64,000 nt of DNA. It comes from the human T2T-CHM13v2.0 reference genome, Homo sapiens. The stretch lies in NCBI RefSeq assembly GCF_009914755.1, contig NC_060926.1; one strand, written 5' to 3'. The translations under genes and the position numbers were made by a program. This document shows positions 27,387-43,950 of the stretch, in pieces; position 1 is the first letter of the stretch; each line of letters begins with the position of its first letter. The notes below the pieces were generated by a model. That model did no database searches. It saw only the letters and a list, made by a program, of their open reading frames with translations, and was not told the origin of the DNA.

Positions 27387-29537
27387 TTGTAGTTGTTTTG
27401 GGAAGCCAAGAACTGAACCCATATGTGATGGTGAACTTAATCAAGAAATGTATGTGTTCTGACTGCTCCACCAACTGGTCATTTCCTAATCTCTCTCCCT
27501 TTCATCAGGCCTCCCTATTTTCTGAGAAACAACAATATTAAAATTAGGTTAATCAGTCATCCTACAATATCCTGTAAAAGTTCAAGTGAAAGGAAGAGTT
27601 GCATGCCTCTCAGTTTAAATTAAAAGCTAGAAATGGTTAAGCTTAGTGAGGAAGACATGTGAAAAGCTAGGCCTCTTGCACCAAGTAGCCAAGTTGTGAA
27701 TGCAAAGGAAAAGTTAGTTAAGGAAATTAAAATTGCTCCTATTTGAGCATACACAGGATAAGAAAGCAAAATAGCCTTATTGCTGATATGAAGAATGTTT
27801 TAGTGGTCTGGATAAAAGATCAAACCAGCCATAACCCTCCGTTAAGCAAAAGCCTAGTTCAGAGCAAGGCCCTAATTCTCTGCCATTCTATGAAGGCTGA
27901 GAGTGGTGAGGAAGCTGAAGAAGAAAACTTGGAAACTAACAGAGGTTGAGTTTGTGAGGTCTCTGTGACATAGGAGTTATAGAAATAAGCTGTCTCCGTA
28001 CCATAAAAGTGCAAGGTGAAGCAGCAAGTGCTGATGTAGAAGCTCTAAAAAGTTATCTAGAAAATCTAGCTAAGATCATTCACAAATGTGGCTACACTAA
28101 ACAATAGCTTTTCAAAGTAGACACAACACCCTTATATTGGAAAGAGATATCATCCAGGACTTTCATAGCTTGAGAAGACAAGTCAATGACTGTCGTCAAA
28201 GCTTCAAAGAACAGGCTGATTTTATGTTAGGGGTTAATGCATTTGATGGCTTTAAGTTGAAGCCAATGCTCATTTACCACTTCAAAAATTTCAGGGCTAT
28301 TAAGAATTGTGCTAAATATACTCTACCTGTGTTTTATAAATTCAACAACAAAGCCTGGATGCACATTTGTTTACAGCATGGTGTACTAAATATTTTAAGC
28401 CCACAGTTGTGACCTACTGATCAGAAAAAAATGTTTCTTTTAAAATATTACTACTCATTGACAATCCACCTGGTTACCCAAGAGCTCTGACAGCAATGTA
28501 CAAGGAGATTAATGTTGTTTTCATGCCTGCTAATATAATATTTATTCTACAGCCCATGGATCAAGGAATAATGTTAACTTTCAAGTCAATACTAAGACAT
28601 ACACTTCATAAGGCTAAAACTGCCACAGATGCTGATTCCTGTGATGGATTTGGTCCAAGTAAATTGAAAACCTTCTGGAAAGGGTCCACCATTCTAGATG
28701 CCAATATGGACATTCATGATACATGGGAGGAGGTCAAAATATCAACATTAATAGGAGCTTGGAAGAAGTTGATTCCAGCCCTCATGGATCACTTTGAGGG
28801 GTTCAAGATTTCAGTGGAGGAAGTCACTGGCAATGTGGTAGAAATAGCAAGAGAACTAGAATTAGACGTGGAGCCTGAAGATGCAACTGAATTGCTGCAA
28901 TCTTATGATGAAACTTTAATCAATGAGAATTCACTTTTCATGGATAAGCAAAATGGTTTTTTGAGATGGAAACTACTTCAGGTGAAGATTCTGTGAACAT
29001 TGTTGAAATGACAAGAAAGGATTTAGAATATTATATAAACTTAATTGATAAAGCAGTGGCAGGGTTTGAGAGGATTAACTCTAGTTTTGAAAAATGTTCT
29101 ACTGTAGATAAAATGCTAACAATTAGCATCGCAATCTACAGAAAAATCTTTGGTGAAAGAAAAAGTCAATAGATGCAGCAAACTTTATGTTGTCTTATTT
29201 TAAGAAAATTCTATAGTCATGCTAACCTTCAGTAAACACCATCTTGATTGGTCAGCAATCATCAACATTGAGACAAGACCCTCTACCAGCCAAAAGATTA
29301 TGACTTGCTGAAGGGCCGTGTAATGATAGAATGTTTTAGCAATGAAATATTTTTAAAGTAAGGTATATACATTTTTAGACACAATGCTATTGCACACTTA
29401 TTAGACTCCAGTATAGTGTAAACATAACTTTTATGTGCATTGGGAAACTGGAAACATTATGTGACTCACTTTGTTGCAATATTTGCTTTATTGCTGTGAC
29501 CTGGAACCCAACCTGCAATATCTCCAAGTTATGCCTG
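27387..29537 (+). mobile_element. Tigger1 (TcMar-Tigger/pogo) DNA transposon, 5'-truncated
   Basis: Continuous match to Tigger1 as recalled; 3' TIR 'tatctccaagttatgcctg' present, 5' TIR absent. Confidence 0.95.
27570..29172 (+). pseudogene. Decayed Tigger1 transposase (CENP-B-type HTH and DDE_1) plus downstream ORF remnant
   Basis: ORF pieces '[22 protein letters not shown]', 'FKLKPMLIYH', 'INVVFMPAN...LQPMDQG', broken by stops and frameshifts. Confidence 0.9.
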
Positions 29538-29539
29538 CA

Positions 29540-32250
29540 TTTCTTAATCTCTTGATTATGGAATGGCCTTGTGACTTGCTTTGTCTCAAAAGAATATGGT
29601 TGAAATGACAGTGTGATGACCTTATGCCTTATGATATCCTGCAGCCTTCCCTTCTTCCTCTTGGATTCCTGACTGCTGTTAGATTAAGTCGTAGTCAGTT
29701 CTTAAGAAATGAGAAACAAAATCAAGGCAATCTCAACTGCCCCAGCCAATGTCTTCCTAGACAGGCCTACAGGAAGGTGACCTGCAGAGATGTGAGAGAG
29801 CCCAGTCAAGATCAGCAGAGACTCTAGCTGACTTGTAGCCCATCACAAACACATAAGCAATCGTAGTGTCTTAGTACATTTTCATGCTGTTATGAAGAAA
29901 TACCTGAGACTGGGTAATTTATAAAGGAAAGAGGTTTAATTGACTCACAGTTCTGCATGTTTGGAAAGGCCTCAGGAAACATAAAAGCATAGCAGAAGGG
30001 GAATCAAACATGTCCTTCTTCACATTGCAAAAGGAAGGAGAAGTGCATAGTGTAGGGCAGAAACCAGCAGAGCTCATGAGAACTCACTCACTTGAATGGC
30101 ATGGGGGAACCACCCCAATGATCTAATCACCTCCCATGAGTTCCTTCCCCCCTCCCCCAACAGGTGGGGATTACAAGTTAGACCATAATTCACGATGAGA
30201 TTTGTGTGGGGGAACAGAGCCAGACAACATCACTCTGCCCCTGGTCGCTCCCAAATCTCATCTTTCTCACATTTGAGAGCACAATTATGCCTTCCCAACA
30301 TTCCACAAAGTCTTAACTCATTTCATCATTAACCCAGAAGTCCAAATCCATAGCCTCATCTGAGATGAGGCAAGGCCCTTCCACCTATCACCCTGTAAAA
30401 TCAAAAGTAAGTTAGTTACTTCCAAGATATAATGGGAGTACAGGCATTGGACAAATGCACCCATTTCAAATGAGAGAAATTGGCCCAAAAAAAGGGGCTA
30501 CAGGTCCCATTCAAGTCTGAAATCCAATAGGGCAGTCATTAAACCTTAAAGATACAAAAGATCTCCTTTGACTCCATGTCTCACATCCAGGTCATGCTGA
30601 TGCAAGGGGTGGGCTCTCTTGGCCTTGGGCAGCTCTACCCCTGTGGCTTTGCAGGGGATAGCCTCCCTCCCAGCTTCCTTCACAAGCTGGTGTTGAGTGT
30701 CTACGGCTTTTCCGGGTGCATAACACAAGCACCTGGTGGATCTACCATTCTGAGACCTGGAGGATAGTGGCCACCTTCTTAAAGCTCCACTAGGCAGTGT
30801 ACCAGTGGAGACTCTGTGTGGGACCTCCAACCCTACACTTCCCTTCCACACTGCCCTAGCAGAGGTCTGGCATGAGGGCTCTGCCCCGCAGCAGACTTCT
30901 GCCTGGACATCGAAGCATTTCCATACATCCTCTGAAATCTAGGTGGAGGTTTCCAAACCTCAATCGTTGTCCTCTGCACACCTGCAGGACTACATGGAAG
31001 CTGCCAAGACTTGCATGCTCTGAAGCAATGGCCTGAGCTGTACCTTGGCCTCTTTTAGCCATGACTGGAGTGGCTGGGACAGAGGGCACCAAGTCCCAAA
31101 GGTGCACACAGCAGAGGGGCCCTGGACCTGGCCCAGGAAACCATTTTTCCCTCCTAGGCCTCTGGGCCTATGATGAGAGGGGCTGTCACAAAGATATCTG
31201 ACATGCCCTGGAGATGTTTTTTCCCATTGTCTTAGCTATTAACATTTGGCTCCTTGTTACTTATGCACATTTTTGCAGCAATTTCTCCCCAGAAAATGGA
31301 TTTTTCTTTTCTACTGCATCATAAAAAGACAAATTTTCCAAACTTTTAGGCTCCGTCACCTCTTGAATGCTTTGCTGCTTAGTAATTTCTTCTGCCAGAT
31401 ACCCTAAATAATCTATTTCAAGTTCAAAATTCTACAGATCTCCAGGGTAGGGACAAAAAGCTGCCAGTCTCTTTGCTAACACATAGCCAGAGTTACCTTT
31501 ATTCCAGTTCCCAACAAATTTCTAATCTACATCTGAGACCACCTCAGCCTGGACTACATTGTCCATATCACTAACAACATTTTGGTCAAAGCCATTCAAC
31601 AAGTCTCTAGGAAGTTCCAAACTTTCCCACATCTTTCTGTCTTCTACTGAGTCCTCCAAACTGTTCCAACCTCTGCCTGTTACCTAGTTCCAAAGTTGCT
31701 TCCATATTTTCAGCTATCCCTATAGCAGCACCCAATTCTTTGTGGTACCAATTTACTGTATTAGTCTATTCTCATGCAGCTATGAAGAAATACCTGAGAC
31801 TGGGTAATTTATAAAGGAAAGAGGTTTAATTGACTCACAGTTCCGCATGGTTGGAAAGGCCTCAGGAAACTTACAATCTGGTGGAAGGGGAATCAAACAT
31901 GTCCTTTTTCACATGACAGCAGGAGAGAGCAGTGCAGAGCAAAGTGGGGAAAAGCCCCTTATAAAACCATCAGATCTCATGAGAACTTATTTACTATCAT
32001 AAGAACAGCATAGGGGAACTGCCCCCATGATCTAATCACCTCCCACGAGTCCCCTCCCCTAACACATGAGTATTACAATTCAGATTACAATTCAAGATGA
32101 GATTTGGGTGGGAACACAGAGCCAGACCATATCACCTAGTCTACTCTAAAAGAATCACCCAGCTGACTCAAAAACTCATAAGCAGTGATAAACACTTGTG
32201 TTATGCCATAAAGTTTTAGGTATTTTGTTAGGCAACAGCTCATTGATATT
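29540..32250 (+). mobile_element. MLT1 (E/F/G-like) LTR split by a THE1 insertion (29540-29866 and 32135-32250)
   Basis: 'ggccttgtgacttgctttg...gagcccagtcaagatcagcagag'; resumes with 'gaatcacccagctga...aagttttagg..ttttgtta'. Confidence 0.7.
29867..32134 (-). mobile_element. THE1D-like MaLR provirus (LTR 29867-30232, internal region, LTR 31757-32134)
   Basis: Paired LTRs, THE1-int, TSD cgtag/cctag. Confidence 0.95.
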
Positions 32251-33119
32251 GTTGCTTATATTAAAAAATCAGGAAGTGAATGGAAGGAAACAAAGATATG
32301 ATTTTCTCTTTTCAAGAGGAAAAAATTTCTATGCTGTGTTTTCAGACTACCTATTATATTTGATGAGGGCCAGTGCTTATGTTCTGTTAGCTTTGGATAT
32401 GAGAAATAACCATGACAAAAATGACAATAGCATTGAGAAATGACAAGCTAAGAATTCCAAAGAAACGTGGGTGGAGCTTATACAGATGGGAGAAACTTTT
32501 GCATGCCTAGTGATATTTTGTAAAAGGATTTTCAAATCTGTACTATACATTCGGGCTATGCATCTTATTATGCTATACATTTCATTAGGCTATAGGCTTC
32601 ATTAGGCACTTGAATCAAGAATCTCATTACATACTCCAGACACACATCTCATTATGCCATGCATCTCATTAAGCTCCCAGCCAGGAACAGATGTAAAATA
32701 GACAAATTTCAGCGAGGCTTTGATTCCAGCCCACATGGCATTCTCATCAACAACCAAGCAAGGGTGGACCAACAATTGGGTGATTTTTGAATGACACTTG
32801 ACAAAGAGGAACCAGCTCAATCAGGCACTATTAAATAACAGGAGAAAAAAATAACTTGGTGTTACATTCCACTTTGCTGTCCACTCTGGGAATGTGTTTC
32901 TACTGTCAATCAGGAATCATCTATCAGTAAAAAGCCGGAGATGGGGTAGAAGAGGGCATGTGTCTGTAACACTGCAATCATCTGTCATGAGGCAGGCACT
33001 CAACAAAGGGTAACATCAATGTCACCTTGGTTTTGGCTTCAACACAATTGTATCTGTTCTGTGTCCCTAGCTGTAATTCATTGTTTGGCATCTTCAAGGA
33101 TAGGTTCCCTGATGACGTT

Positions 33120-33640
33120 CCTGGTTAAGTAGTACTTTGGTCACAAATGATAAAAACCCAACTGACTAATTTAAGACTAGCATGTACTGAGGAGCCCAGA
33201 GGTGTGGCAGATTTCAAACCTGACTTTATGCAAAGGCTGAAACATCCGTAAGATACATGTCTCCTTATCTTTCAGTTCTCCTTTGCTTTGTGTTGGCTTG
33301 ATTCTTACACATGTTTTCCCCATGAGATGGTTTCAGGAGGCTGCAAGCTTCCATCATCCTCACAGATATCAGTTCCAGTGAAAGATAGTGTCTTCTAGGA
33401 AGAGATAATCAAATCCCAGGGGATGACTCTCACTGGTTAATTGTGGGTAAAATAATTGTTCAGCCACTAATTTCTTTGTGTCACAGGGATGGAGTAACCT
33501 GAGTTCCCAGCTTTGCGTTGTATGCCTTCCCTAAATGTAGTCATGGATTAGAACTGAAAGGAGGGCTGGACAAACAGAGAATGCTCAGTAGACAAAAAGA
33601 GGGCTGGACATACAGAGAATGTTCAGTAGACAAAAATACC
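33120..33640 (-). mobile_element. MLT1K/L-like solo LTR
   Basis: 'ctttggtcacaaatgataaaaacccaact...ctttgtgttggcttgattct...gactctcactgg'. Confidence 0.6.
33561..33636. repeat. 38-bp tandem duplication
   Basis: gagggctggaca(a/t)acagagaatg(c/t)tcagtagacaaaaa x2. Confidence 0.95.
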
Positions 33641-35646
33641 ACATCTACTATGCCCGCTCCATCCTGAGAATACTCAGGTCTCGTGCAATACATGTGCAGT
33701 CTGAGAACCCGGGGCTTCTTTCCTTGGTCACCAAGAAAATATTTGTCACTAATATTCAAATAAGTGATGTATTTTAAGCAATTAGGGGGCTATATAAGTG
33801 CCTTGGATGTTTCTGGGGCTCTTATGATGACACCAAATGTAAATATTGTCATTCTGTGGAAACTAGACTAGACAGTAAACCACCAACAGATAGTCTAATT
33901 TCCATGTGCCAGCAAGTATTTTATTTTGAACGGCTAAAATATTTCATCTTACCACTTCCTTATGCTTGAATATCTTTAGAAAGGGTTAAATTAGGGAACA
34001 TAAAAAACACAAAAAAAAACAGAGGAAAGATAATTGATTTAATTTCACACTCAGGTTCAAATGTTAAGTTGAATGCCTTCTTGAGAGTAAGTTTGGGTAG
34101 GAAAAGTAAAGGAGAGTCCTCAAGAGTATCAGATATTTAATGGTAAAGGTAGAAGGGCAGGTAAGAAGACGTGGAATAAAATGGAAGAAGCATGGAGAAG
34201 GTCAGACAGAACTGAAGGAAAATTCCTCAACTTTATGGTTTGCCTAGGGCTGTCCCCAGGTAGCACTCTGCAACTCTGAATAAGTAAACATTTTCTCTAA
34301 TCCGAAAGGATAGTAGTTTTGTTAGATAGGACTATAAAATGATGTCTAACCAGAACCAGTTATTAAATATTTTCACTGGACTTTTCTAGACAGTATTACT
34401 CTGAAAAGAGTGGGTATCAATGCAGTCTTGACCTTCTGGGTCCTTGTGAAGTTCTTTGCCTGTGAAAATATTACAGTTTAAACATTCCCTCCACATTCCT
34501 TTGACATGAAGTGCTGTATCCACTGATTGCCCAGAGTAGACAAAGTGGTTTCCTTTTCTAGCTTCGTGGGGTTTTTTTCTTTTCTTTAGAAGATCATTTG
34601 GCAGGAAGATGTTAAAGTGGAAGAGAGGTTGGAGTAACTGTTATGGGTCAAATTCTAACTTCATGTCGTCATGGGCTCCCTCTGGTACCAAGATTCACTG
34701 AAAACAAAGGCATGAACTACTTCTAATCTGCAGTCGATTTTTTTTACCCTAAGAACACCCTAGAATAGAGGAATTCAATACATTCATGGCCACAGAAGCA
34801 ATAAACTTCCACATACTTAAAAAAACTCTCATCAAGTCTTATTTATTAATAAATAATAAGCACAAGGACTAATGAAGTACAAATGATAAAAATTTTAAAA
34901 TGATCGTTCTTTTCCTTTTGTTTGGTATGATTTGTCCTTGAGCTTTTTTGGTTTTACTCTTTCAATTAAAATGCTTGGGTTCTCATCACACCATTCCTGA
35001 ATGCAAATATCAGTTGGTTTAGTATTTAGCTTCCTAGCTCTTTCTTGGCTCTTGGAAACATACCCTTATTCTCTGGTCCATTCTTCACCTACAGATGATT
35101 AAGAAAGATAATTTTTATGTAGTTAAAAAAATAGGACACATGCTCCTTATAGACATTCTACTACAGATTCAGAACCAGAAGCAAGCTATTCTCCCATTTT
35201 GTCTTGTAAGTGCAATTTTGAAAACATAGACTGAGTTGTAATTACAGGATTAAGGGTAAAAGTCAACTTGTTTGTCTGAGAGATTTGTTCCCCCAATTGT
35301 CCTGAATACAAGGACATGAAATCCTGAAAGTCTATGCATGGCATATCACCTCCTTACTTTCAAGTTTCTGGACAATTGGGTAGATGGGCTTTGCAATGGA
35401 TGTTCATGATTGTAACAAGACAGCCCACGATTCCATTTCCAAATAAGGCATAGGAGACAATTCTTTTGTTTTTCTCCTGCCATCTTCTTTATGCAGGAAA
35501 AAAGAGTAAAGGATAAAATTAACAATTATGCAGCCAGTAAATTTCAAGGCAATAGTGAGAAACAAAAGGGTCTTATCTGATTGTCCATCTCATGCCTTTC
35601 AGGAGAACCTATTAGCTTGGAACACAGTCACCTGATGGTATATGTG

Positions 35647-35647
<1 letters not shown>

Positions 35648-35689
<42 letters not shown>
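35648..35689. repeat. (CA)n microsatellite
   Basis: Direct reading. Confidence 0.98.
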
Positions 35690-35691
<2 letters not shown>

Positions 35692-36824
35692 TATAATAGA
35701 GACTCTGGATTTGGAGTCCTAGACCTATGCAATATCTTCACTCTTCAAAACAGTCCCAGGATGGCACTTTCCTGTCTCCATTTTGTTGTGAATCCCTTGG
35801 ATTTTATATTACATAAACTATAAATAATATTTAGACAATTAAAGCTAAAAGGATTTCTTCACTTGGTTAAGGTGGTAGCATATGTAGGCATTAAAAAAAA
35901 GGCATTCTGACCTTTAGGTGAACAGTAGAACTTAAAATGCTATTGCTAGAATGTGGCATGGGGAAAGCGTGATTTAAATGTAAATCTTTTATCTCTAAAG
36001 CCATAAAAGACTATGCCTTGGAGGTATGAGAAAATACAAGCTCTAACGTGGAGCGTATAAAAAAAATGAAAACATTTAGCACAGCACCAAATCTGCTTTT
36101 CTGAACTGCATTTTTGCTCACAAAATACGTAGAGTAGATGGAATTTTATTTATGTTTAAAATGAGCTGTTCTTTAACTGTTTAGTCTCTGGTTCCTTGGC
36201 CTGGTTCTCGAACTCAAGACATCAGTGCACCCTGTGAATGTGCCTTTCTCCTTCTCTTAACCTCCAAGCTCCTGAGGTGCCTTTCAGCCTGTCCCATGGA
36301 TGTCCCCATGGGTGGACCTGCCCCCTGAAAGCTCTCCAGTCTGTCTCTCACCTCTGGGAGCTGCAGAGATAGCCAGGAAGGATGGTGTCAATGTTGAAGG
36401 TCATATCTCTATTTTCACATTCCTTGACTTGCCCTATACCTTTGAGAGAAAAGAAATAAAATCCTGCAATTATTTGGACCAAGCCTTAGGTAGGACTGGG
36501 CTTGTGACAGGTTTTGTATATGGGCCACAGATTGGACACAGTTGGAACTGAGACTCTTGCCCAGATTTCACTCGCTATTTTCCATATGGCTTTGTTGGTG
36601 CTGATCATACCTTTTCCAGGACCAAATGCGCCCTCCCCTTTAGGAGCATCCTGCCGGTTCCTCATGTTTTCACCACCTGCTGGCTTATCTATGTTTGGCA
36701 CCAGTTTCCCAAGCTTTTCTCCTGCTACCATGTGTGGACCAGGCAGAAGTCTTTTCTCCCTGCTCCTACAAGAAACCAAGGTCTTATGCAGCTCTGAGTC
36801 TGGTATTTGCTTCCCTTGGGGTCA

Positions 36825-37300
36825 AGTCCTCTGGGAGCTCTTTGATTTAAAAATCCTGTCTTTTGCATTCCCTACATGGGCATGTAACACTTAATAAGTT
36901 TGTTTAGTGAATGAATGAATCAATGTATTTCCCATGCTTTTGAATTTTAGATGTATTTCTTTAACCCTTTACATAATCTGAAGTAGGCATGAACTTTCAA
37001 ATCATTTCCTGCTTCCTCTGCCTGGAATCCTCTTCTATCCTACACCACCTTCTAATCACAGCCACATCACAGATTAGAAGTGGTTCCCTCTTGTAAACTC
37101 CTGCCACACCAGTGTGTTCCTTCTTAGCCCTAATTCAATTTATTAAATGATGATGTCTGCAATTTAACGTGTGTTGTTCTTTCACCTGTATGGTGAGGCC
37201 ATGAGAACTAAAGATCATATCGTATTCTTCACTGTATTTACACCACGAAAACAATGCTTGATGTATAAAAGATATAATATTATTTTTATTAGATGAAAAA
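36825..37300 (+). mobile_element. L2 3' fragments
   Basis: 'ttaataagtttgtttagtgaatgaatgaat' L2 tail; 'cttcctctgcctggaatcctctt'. Confidence 0.55.
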
Positions 37301-37994
37301 TGAAGAATCAATAATTGATTTTCAAGGTACATATATGTTTGATTGTTTCCTAGTTTGCCTAATATATCTTTAGTTATTCCTTCAAAATCTTTTGAAATTT
37401 TTCCCCAAATCTCTGCCACTGGCTCTGACTGTCTTTCCCTGCTCTTTGTGCCTCAAGTTCTAACCCTTTATTTGGTTGCTATGCCCTGGCTTTCACACAA
37501 ATAGATTCCAGGCAACCTCAATATATTCCCCACGTATATTCTTCTCCACTCATAAAATTTTCTCCTGAATTCTATCTTCTTCGTGAAAATGAAACATAGC
37601 CCAGAAGTTTTTTTTTCCTAAGTATATACAATAACATAAATGCCAATTAGTTATCACTTTATGTTTAAGACTATTAACCCTTTGAGGTAGCCACTGCTAT
37701 CCATTGGGCAGTTAAGGAAACTCATATGCAGCAGAGCCACCACTGATTCACTCTGCACTGTACCAACAAGTGCACTGTACCAAGGATGCTTAAGTCCAGT
37801 CATGGATGACCAGCCAAGGATGCTTAGGTCAGATGGCTACCACTTTCAGCAATTTGTACCAACAGCTGTAAAAATGTCTATGTCTAATTACCCAATAATC
37901 CTCCTTTCAGGAATCTAGCCTAAGAAGATCATCATAAACTGAAATAAAATTTCACATATGAAAAAATTCTCCACTGTGCTGGATTAGGTCCCAG

Positions 37995-38460
37995 GCAACA
38001 CTATTCACAATAGTGAAAAACATGGAATCAACCTAAATGCTTATAAGTGGCAGACTGTATAAAGGAAATGTGGTACATATATACCATGGAGTACTATGCA
38101 GCCATTTAAAAGAACAAGATCTTATTTTCTGGAGGAATAGATGCAGCTGGAGGCCATTATCCTTAGCAAACTTACTCAGGAATGGGAAATTAAGTACTGC
38201 ATGTTTTCACTTATAAGTGGGAGCTGGATGATGAGAACCAATGGGCACAAAGTGGGGGAACAACAGACACTGGTGCCCATCAAAGAGTGGAGGATGGGAG
38301 GTGGGAGAGGATGAGAAAAAAATAACTAATGGGTACTAGGCTTAGTACCTGGGTGACACAACACCCATGACACAAGTTTACCTATATGACAAACCTGCAT
38401 ATGTACCCCTGAACTTAAAATAAAAGTTAAAGATAAAATAAAATTTTAAAATAACAGAAA
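37995..38460 (+). mobile_element. L1PA15/16-like 3' end
   Basis: 'ggaatcaacctaaatg...aataactaatgggtactaggcttagtacctgggtga...gtacccctgaacttaaaataaaag'. Confidence 0.9.
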
Positions 38461-38479
38461 AAAGAATTCGGAAATAAAC

Positions 38480-39623
<1,144 letters not shown>

Positions 39624-39804
39624 CTATGTCAGGATGTGTCAATCAGCTTTTCAGATACGTTTCCACGCCCATGCTTTCCACTCTCATTGTAAACTTCCAG
39701 TGTGGGAAAGCACCATTTTGCTATCATGTTCTAATAGCTCAGAGTTGAATGCAGGAAGCTGCTTCTTGATAATGGAGGTGTTTTCCTTTCTGAGCCCTTG
39801 GCAG

Positions 39805-40030
39805 CATATTGAACATGGAGGCTTGGAGGCCAGGAAAACCTGAGTTTGGAAACTGACTCTTAACTAACCCTATGACCTTGAGGAAATTTCTAAAACTCTC
39901 CAACCTTCAGTTTTCTCACTCCTAATTTTGGAATGTTAGTACTTACCTTGTAGTGTAGCTGTAAAAATTAAATGGCAACAAGCATGTCTGAGTGGTGCCC
40001 AGAGCCCCTCTAACATGTCAGCCATGGGTG
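39805..40030 (+). mobile_element. MIR
   Basis: 'ggcttggaggccagg..acctgagtttg...tgaccttgagg...cttcagttttctca'. Confidence 0.7.
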
Positions 40031-40811
40031 TCACTATTGACATCATCTTGATTTTGTACATCCTGAGATGCCAACAGGGAATGCACTTGTAATTCCCTCT
40101 AACTGATGAGGAAGAAATTAAAGCCTCAAGAGCTGCATACACATCCTATGTTTTGATTCTTAGTTTTTGGTCGTTAAAGACAGCACAAAGGAGGGCAAAT
40201 ACGAATTATCATATTGATAACCTTGAGGTTTCAACAAGTCATATGCATTCTTGAAATTCAAAACCACTCACCTAACTCTAAAGGAAGAGTGCTTCTATGC
40301 CTTTCTGATAAGTCAGGCCATAAAAAAAAATCCACAAAACCAACAAAGGTCTCTCTTTATTTCCAATAATGCCGCTCATAGAGGTGTTACTTACTAACAA
40401 TCTCCTCCTTTCATACTTTCAAGTTTTCATGGCACACAATTGCTTTCTCCAGAAGATTACACTTGAGTCTACCAAGTTTCCTGGCCAAAGCAGCACATCC
40501 CTCCTGCTGAATAAACTGAGATGTGGCAGACAGGGGCCACAGGGAAGTGAGCAGAGGCTGAAGACCCCTTTCTCAACACCCCACCCGGCCAGCAGCATCA
40601 TGCTGCTTCTCCTCCAAGGTCACCTGGTTGAGACTGAAAGAATCTGGAAAAGGTAAGAATTTAAAGACCAAAAATGTAAAAATTGCAAGACCTTTGACTT
40701 ATTTCCATTTCTCTCTGCAACAGAATACAATCAATTTGTAATGTTTCTTAAAGAAGAAATAGTGTAACCATTTGGCTTGCAGAAAAGTGCAAGAAATATT
40801 TAGGTTCCTAA

Positions 40812-41501
<690 letters not shown>

Positions 41502-42158
41502 CTCTTATTGCCATCTACTGATAAGAAACCATCTTTTGTAAAATTTCCATGAAGTAGAACACTCTAGCGCGGATTCATCCAAAATTGTGTCTGGAAATCA
41601 AATCATTCTGTGATAGAAGCAGAGTGGCCGAATAGCACCAGTGGTCAGGACTGTGATAAGAATGGGGTTCGTGAATACAGATCATAATCCCAGCTTCCAG
41701 GGCCTTTCTGCCTCACCAGAAACTCTGTTTTTCCTGGCATCTCAGGTTCACTCTGCAAGTTACTAGTTCCCATCCTCTTATAGAGCTCAGCTGACAGTCT
41801 ATAAATTCCCCATAAATATTAGCTAACAGTAATGATGTGCTCTGCTTCTCCCCAAGGGCATTTGCATCTAAGAATAAATAAGCTTTCATGTTCAAGAAAA
41901 TGAAGCTGTAATGATAGAATAATCAGCACTGAGTCTGAGAATTAATATTATGTTTATTCATTCCACAAACTTTATTCTAGGTATTTACATAGGCTCCAAA
42001 TCTCAAAGAACTATAGCATAGTGAGAGAAAGCTTATGCTCTAGTCAGAAAGTATTTTACCTAGTGATAAAATATCCTATAACCATCTTTAGTAGATATTT
42101 GCAGGGTTACACAGAAGAAGTTACCTGAGACGGGGAAATCAGCAATGCTTAAGGGTTA

Positions 42159-42476
<318 letters not shown>

Positions 42477-43139
42477 TCACATAGGGAGCATTGTCAATTG
42501 CACATCTCCTGTGAGCATTATTAGGGGCCTGCATCAGGTGTTATGTTCGTTTCACAGGTGATTATACAGGAGCACAGAGTGGGTTATTGGCTTAGCCAAA
42601 GCAAAACAACCAGTCATGACGGAGCCACCATTGACACAAATCCGTGCCACTTCTAACTACTCAGTCAGGGCCCATTTTCCCGGACATATTGTGTGTTCAG
42701 CCCACCCTCTTCTAAACTCTGATAAGTGTATATACACTCATGATGGGATTCAGACTTCTTGGGAACAGGAACAATCAGTTTGGTTTAAGTGACTCAAAAG
42801 TTTCAGGAAAAATCTAAATAGAATCATTGTAATATGGACTAAGGCTTCTTTTATTTTTCTTCGGTAAAACAATGGGAAGTGGTAGTCAAAGAAGGAACAC
42901 TGCATGCTTTAACTCTCCAACCCAACCCTTGTTCTGGAAAAAAAAAAAAAAAAAAACACTCTGACTTCCTGGAAAATAAGTGATATATTAGCCATACTTA
43001 TAAATATAAATCAAAATGAAAATAAAAATAATATTGTTTTATTATTTCTATTTTAAAGAAAAAATTAGGTGAGGTCTAATTTTACCAAAACCCATGAAGC
43101 AAGATCATGAAGATACCTTCATTCTTTAAATTCTGCAAG

Positions 43140-43950
<811 letters not shown>

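Noticed and set aside
28496-28996. 166-aa ORF as a domesticated TIGD-like gene
   Set aside because: A fragment of a multiply disrupted Tigger1 transposase with divergence typical of neutral decay
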